The notes under the pieces: model-generated | Seen by the model: the letters and a program-made list of their open reading frames with translations, nothing else | Databases searched by the model: none | What the model was told of the DNA's origin: nothing | Assembly: GCF_001194135.2 (NCBI RefSeq) | Contig: NC_068996.1 | Coordinates: 39,115,555 to 39,179,554, forward strand | DNA from: Octopus bimaculoides | Taxonomy: Eukaryota | Length of the DNA: 64,000 nucleotides | Direction: 5' to 3' | Part shown: piece after piece, positions 62,920 through 64,000 of the stretch | How the letters are laid out: every line of letters begins with the position of its first letter | How positions within the stretch are numbered: the stretch's first letter is position 1 | Position numbers and translations under genes: made by a program

Positions 62920-62990
62920 CAATGGATAACGCAAAAACATTAAGTGATCTTTCTCTTCTTGCAATTTCAAGAGAGACCCAAGGATATAAA
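62920..62990 (+). mobile_element. Possible hAT transposase dimerisation-domain remnant
   Basis: MDNAKTLSDLSLLAISRE resembles the TM.NERLS.L..LAIERE end of hAT transposases; short match. Confidence 0.25.
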
Positions 62991-63727
62991 CAAGTATGGT
63001 CAGTTTAAAGGAGGAACATTTGCATAAGATTTCCATGCCAAACAGTTTCAACCATGCAAATGTTTAGAATGAGGATTTTTCAGATCACCTGTACCAATAT
63101 AGAACTACAAATACGAAAACACTCTTGAATCTGCCAGTGTTTCTTGAAATAAATTCTATCAAAAACCTAAATGATATGAACACAAATAAGAAAGTGAACC
63201 AATAACCAGCAGAGGTTTCTGAGAAAATCATAAAAGACAAAGAACCCATTGGAGAAGGAAATCAAATACATTGAGTTTCTCAGTGCGTCAGTTCATAACA
63301 ATGTGGTATTGGGTTCAGTCCTACTGCATGGCACAATGGGCAAGGGTCTTCATTGACAATCCCTGGTTGACCAATGCTTTGCAAGTGAAATTAGAAGCCC
63401 TTCTTGTGTGTGTGTGTGTATTGTGTGCATATTTAAACTGTGTATCGTTACTTAAAGAAAAGATAATGGCTAACAATGGAAAGAGTACCTTGCTGCTAAA
63501 TAATGCCTCAACAGTATGTACTCCATAAACCCATGCTAGCATAGAAAGATGGAAGTAAAACAAACTGAATCACTGTAAAGAAATAAGAATTCACTTCACA
63601 TGTGTCATTATTTTCAACTTCAGTTCTCTTAACTCAGAACTAGAAATACACACAGACAATACAAAGGTAGGATTTATATACATCTCTGAAATACTGTAGG
63701 CTAATAGAAAACTTCACAACACTATAG

Positions 63728-63767
<40 letters not shown>

Positions 63768-64000
63768 CACACTATATATTTCTATTATAGCCCCAGTAGA
63801 CTTGTGAGTGGATCTGGTAGAGAGAAAGTGAAAGACCGTTTGTGTTTGTATCTTGTCTTGGCATTGCATGATTATTACAAATGAGTGTGACTGTTATACA
63901 AGTAGAGTTTCATTCCTTTCCAGTATTCTGTGAAAAACATGTCTGGCCATGGGGGAAATATTACTTTATTTTTTGGAAACAAGTGAGGGTTTAGTGACAG

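Overview
AT-rich, repeat-dense animal genomic DNA with nine N-gaps. The SINE, MITE and microsatellite complement looks like an Octopus-type cephalopod genome; this is inferred from recalled repeat families, with no database check. There is no CRISPR array, rRNA gene, bona fide tRNA gene or recognisable named gene, and almost all supplied ORFs are artefacts of microsatellites, gaps or SINEs. Supported content: (i) dozens of tRNA-derived SINEs and RTE-tailed repeats; (ii) DNA transposons with visible TIRs/TSDs (an internally deleted Merlin/IS1595 element, piggyBac-type TTAA MITEs including one nested in its own family, hAT MITEs with 8-bp TSDs, long foldback elements); (iii) decayed R4/Dong-type RLE, RTE RT and Penelope RT/pre-GIY-YIG fragments; (iv) a few candidate exons of unidentified genes. 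The most interesting signals are a structurally complete type I hammerhead ribozyme (44445-44527), a 2-kb array of about 30 hairpin-forming units with variable spacers (52446-54422), a telomere-repeat array enclosed by inverted repeats, a near-perfect 52-bp hairpin, and an apparent CpG-rich/CpG-poor domain mosaic. SINE boundaries are approximate.
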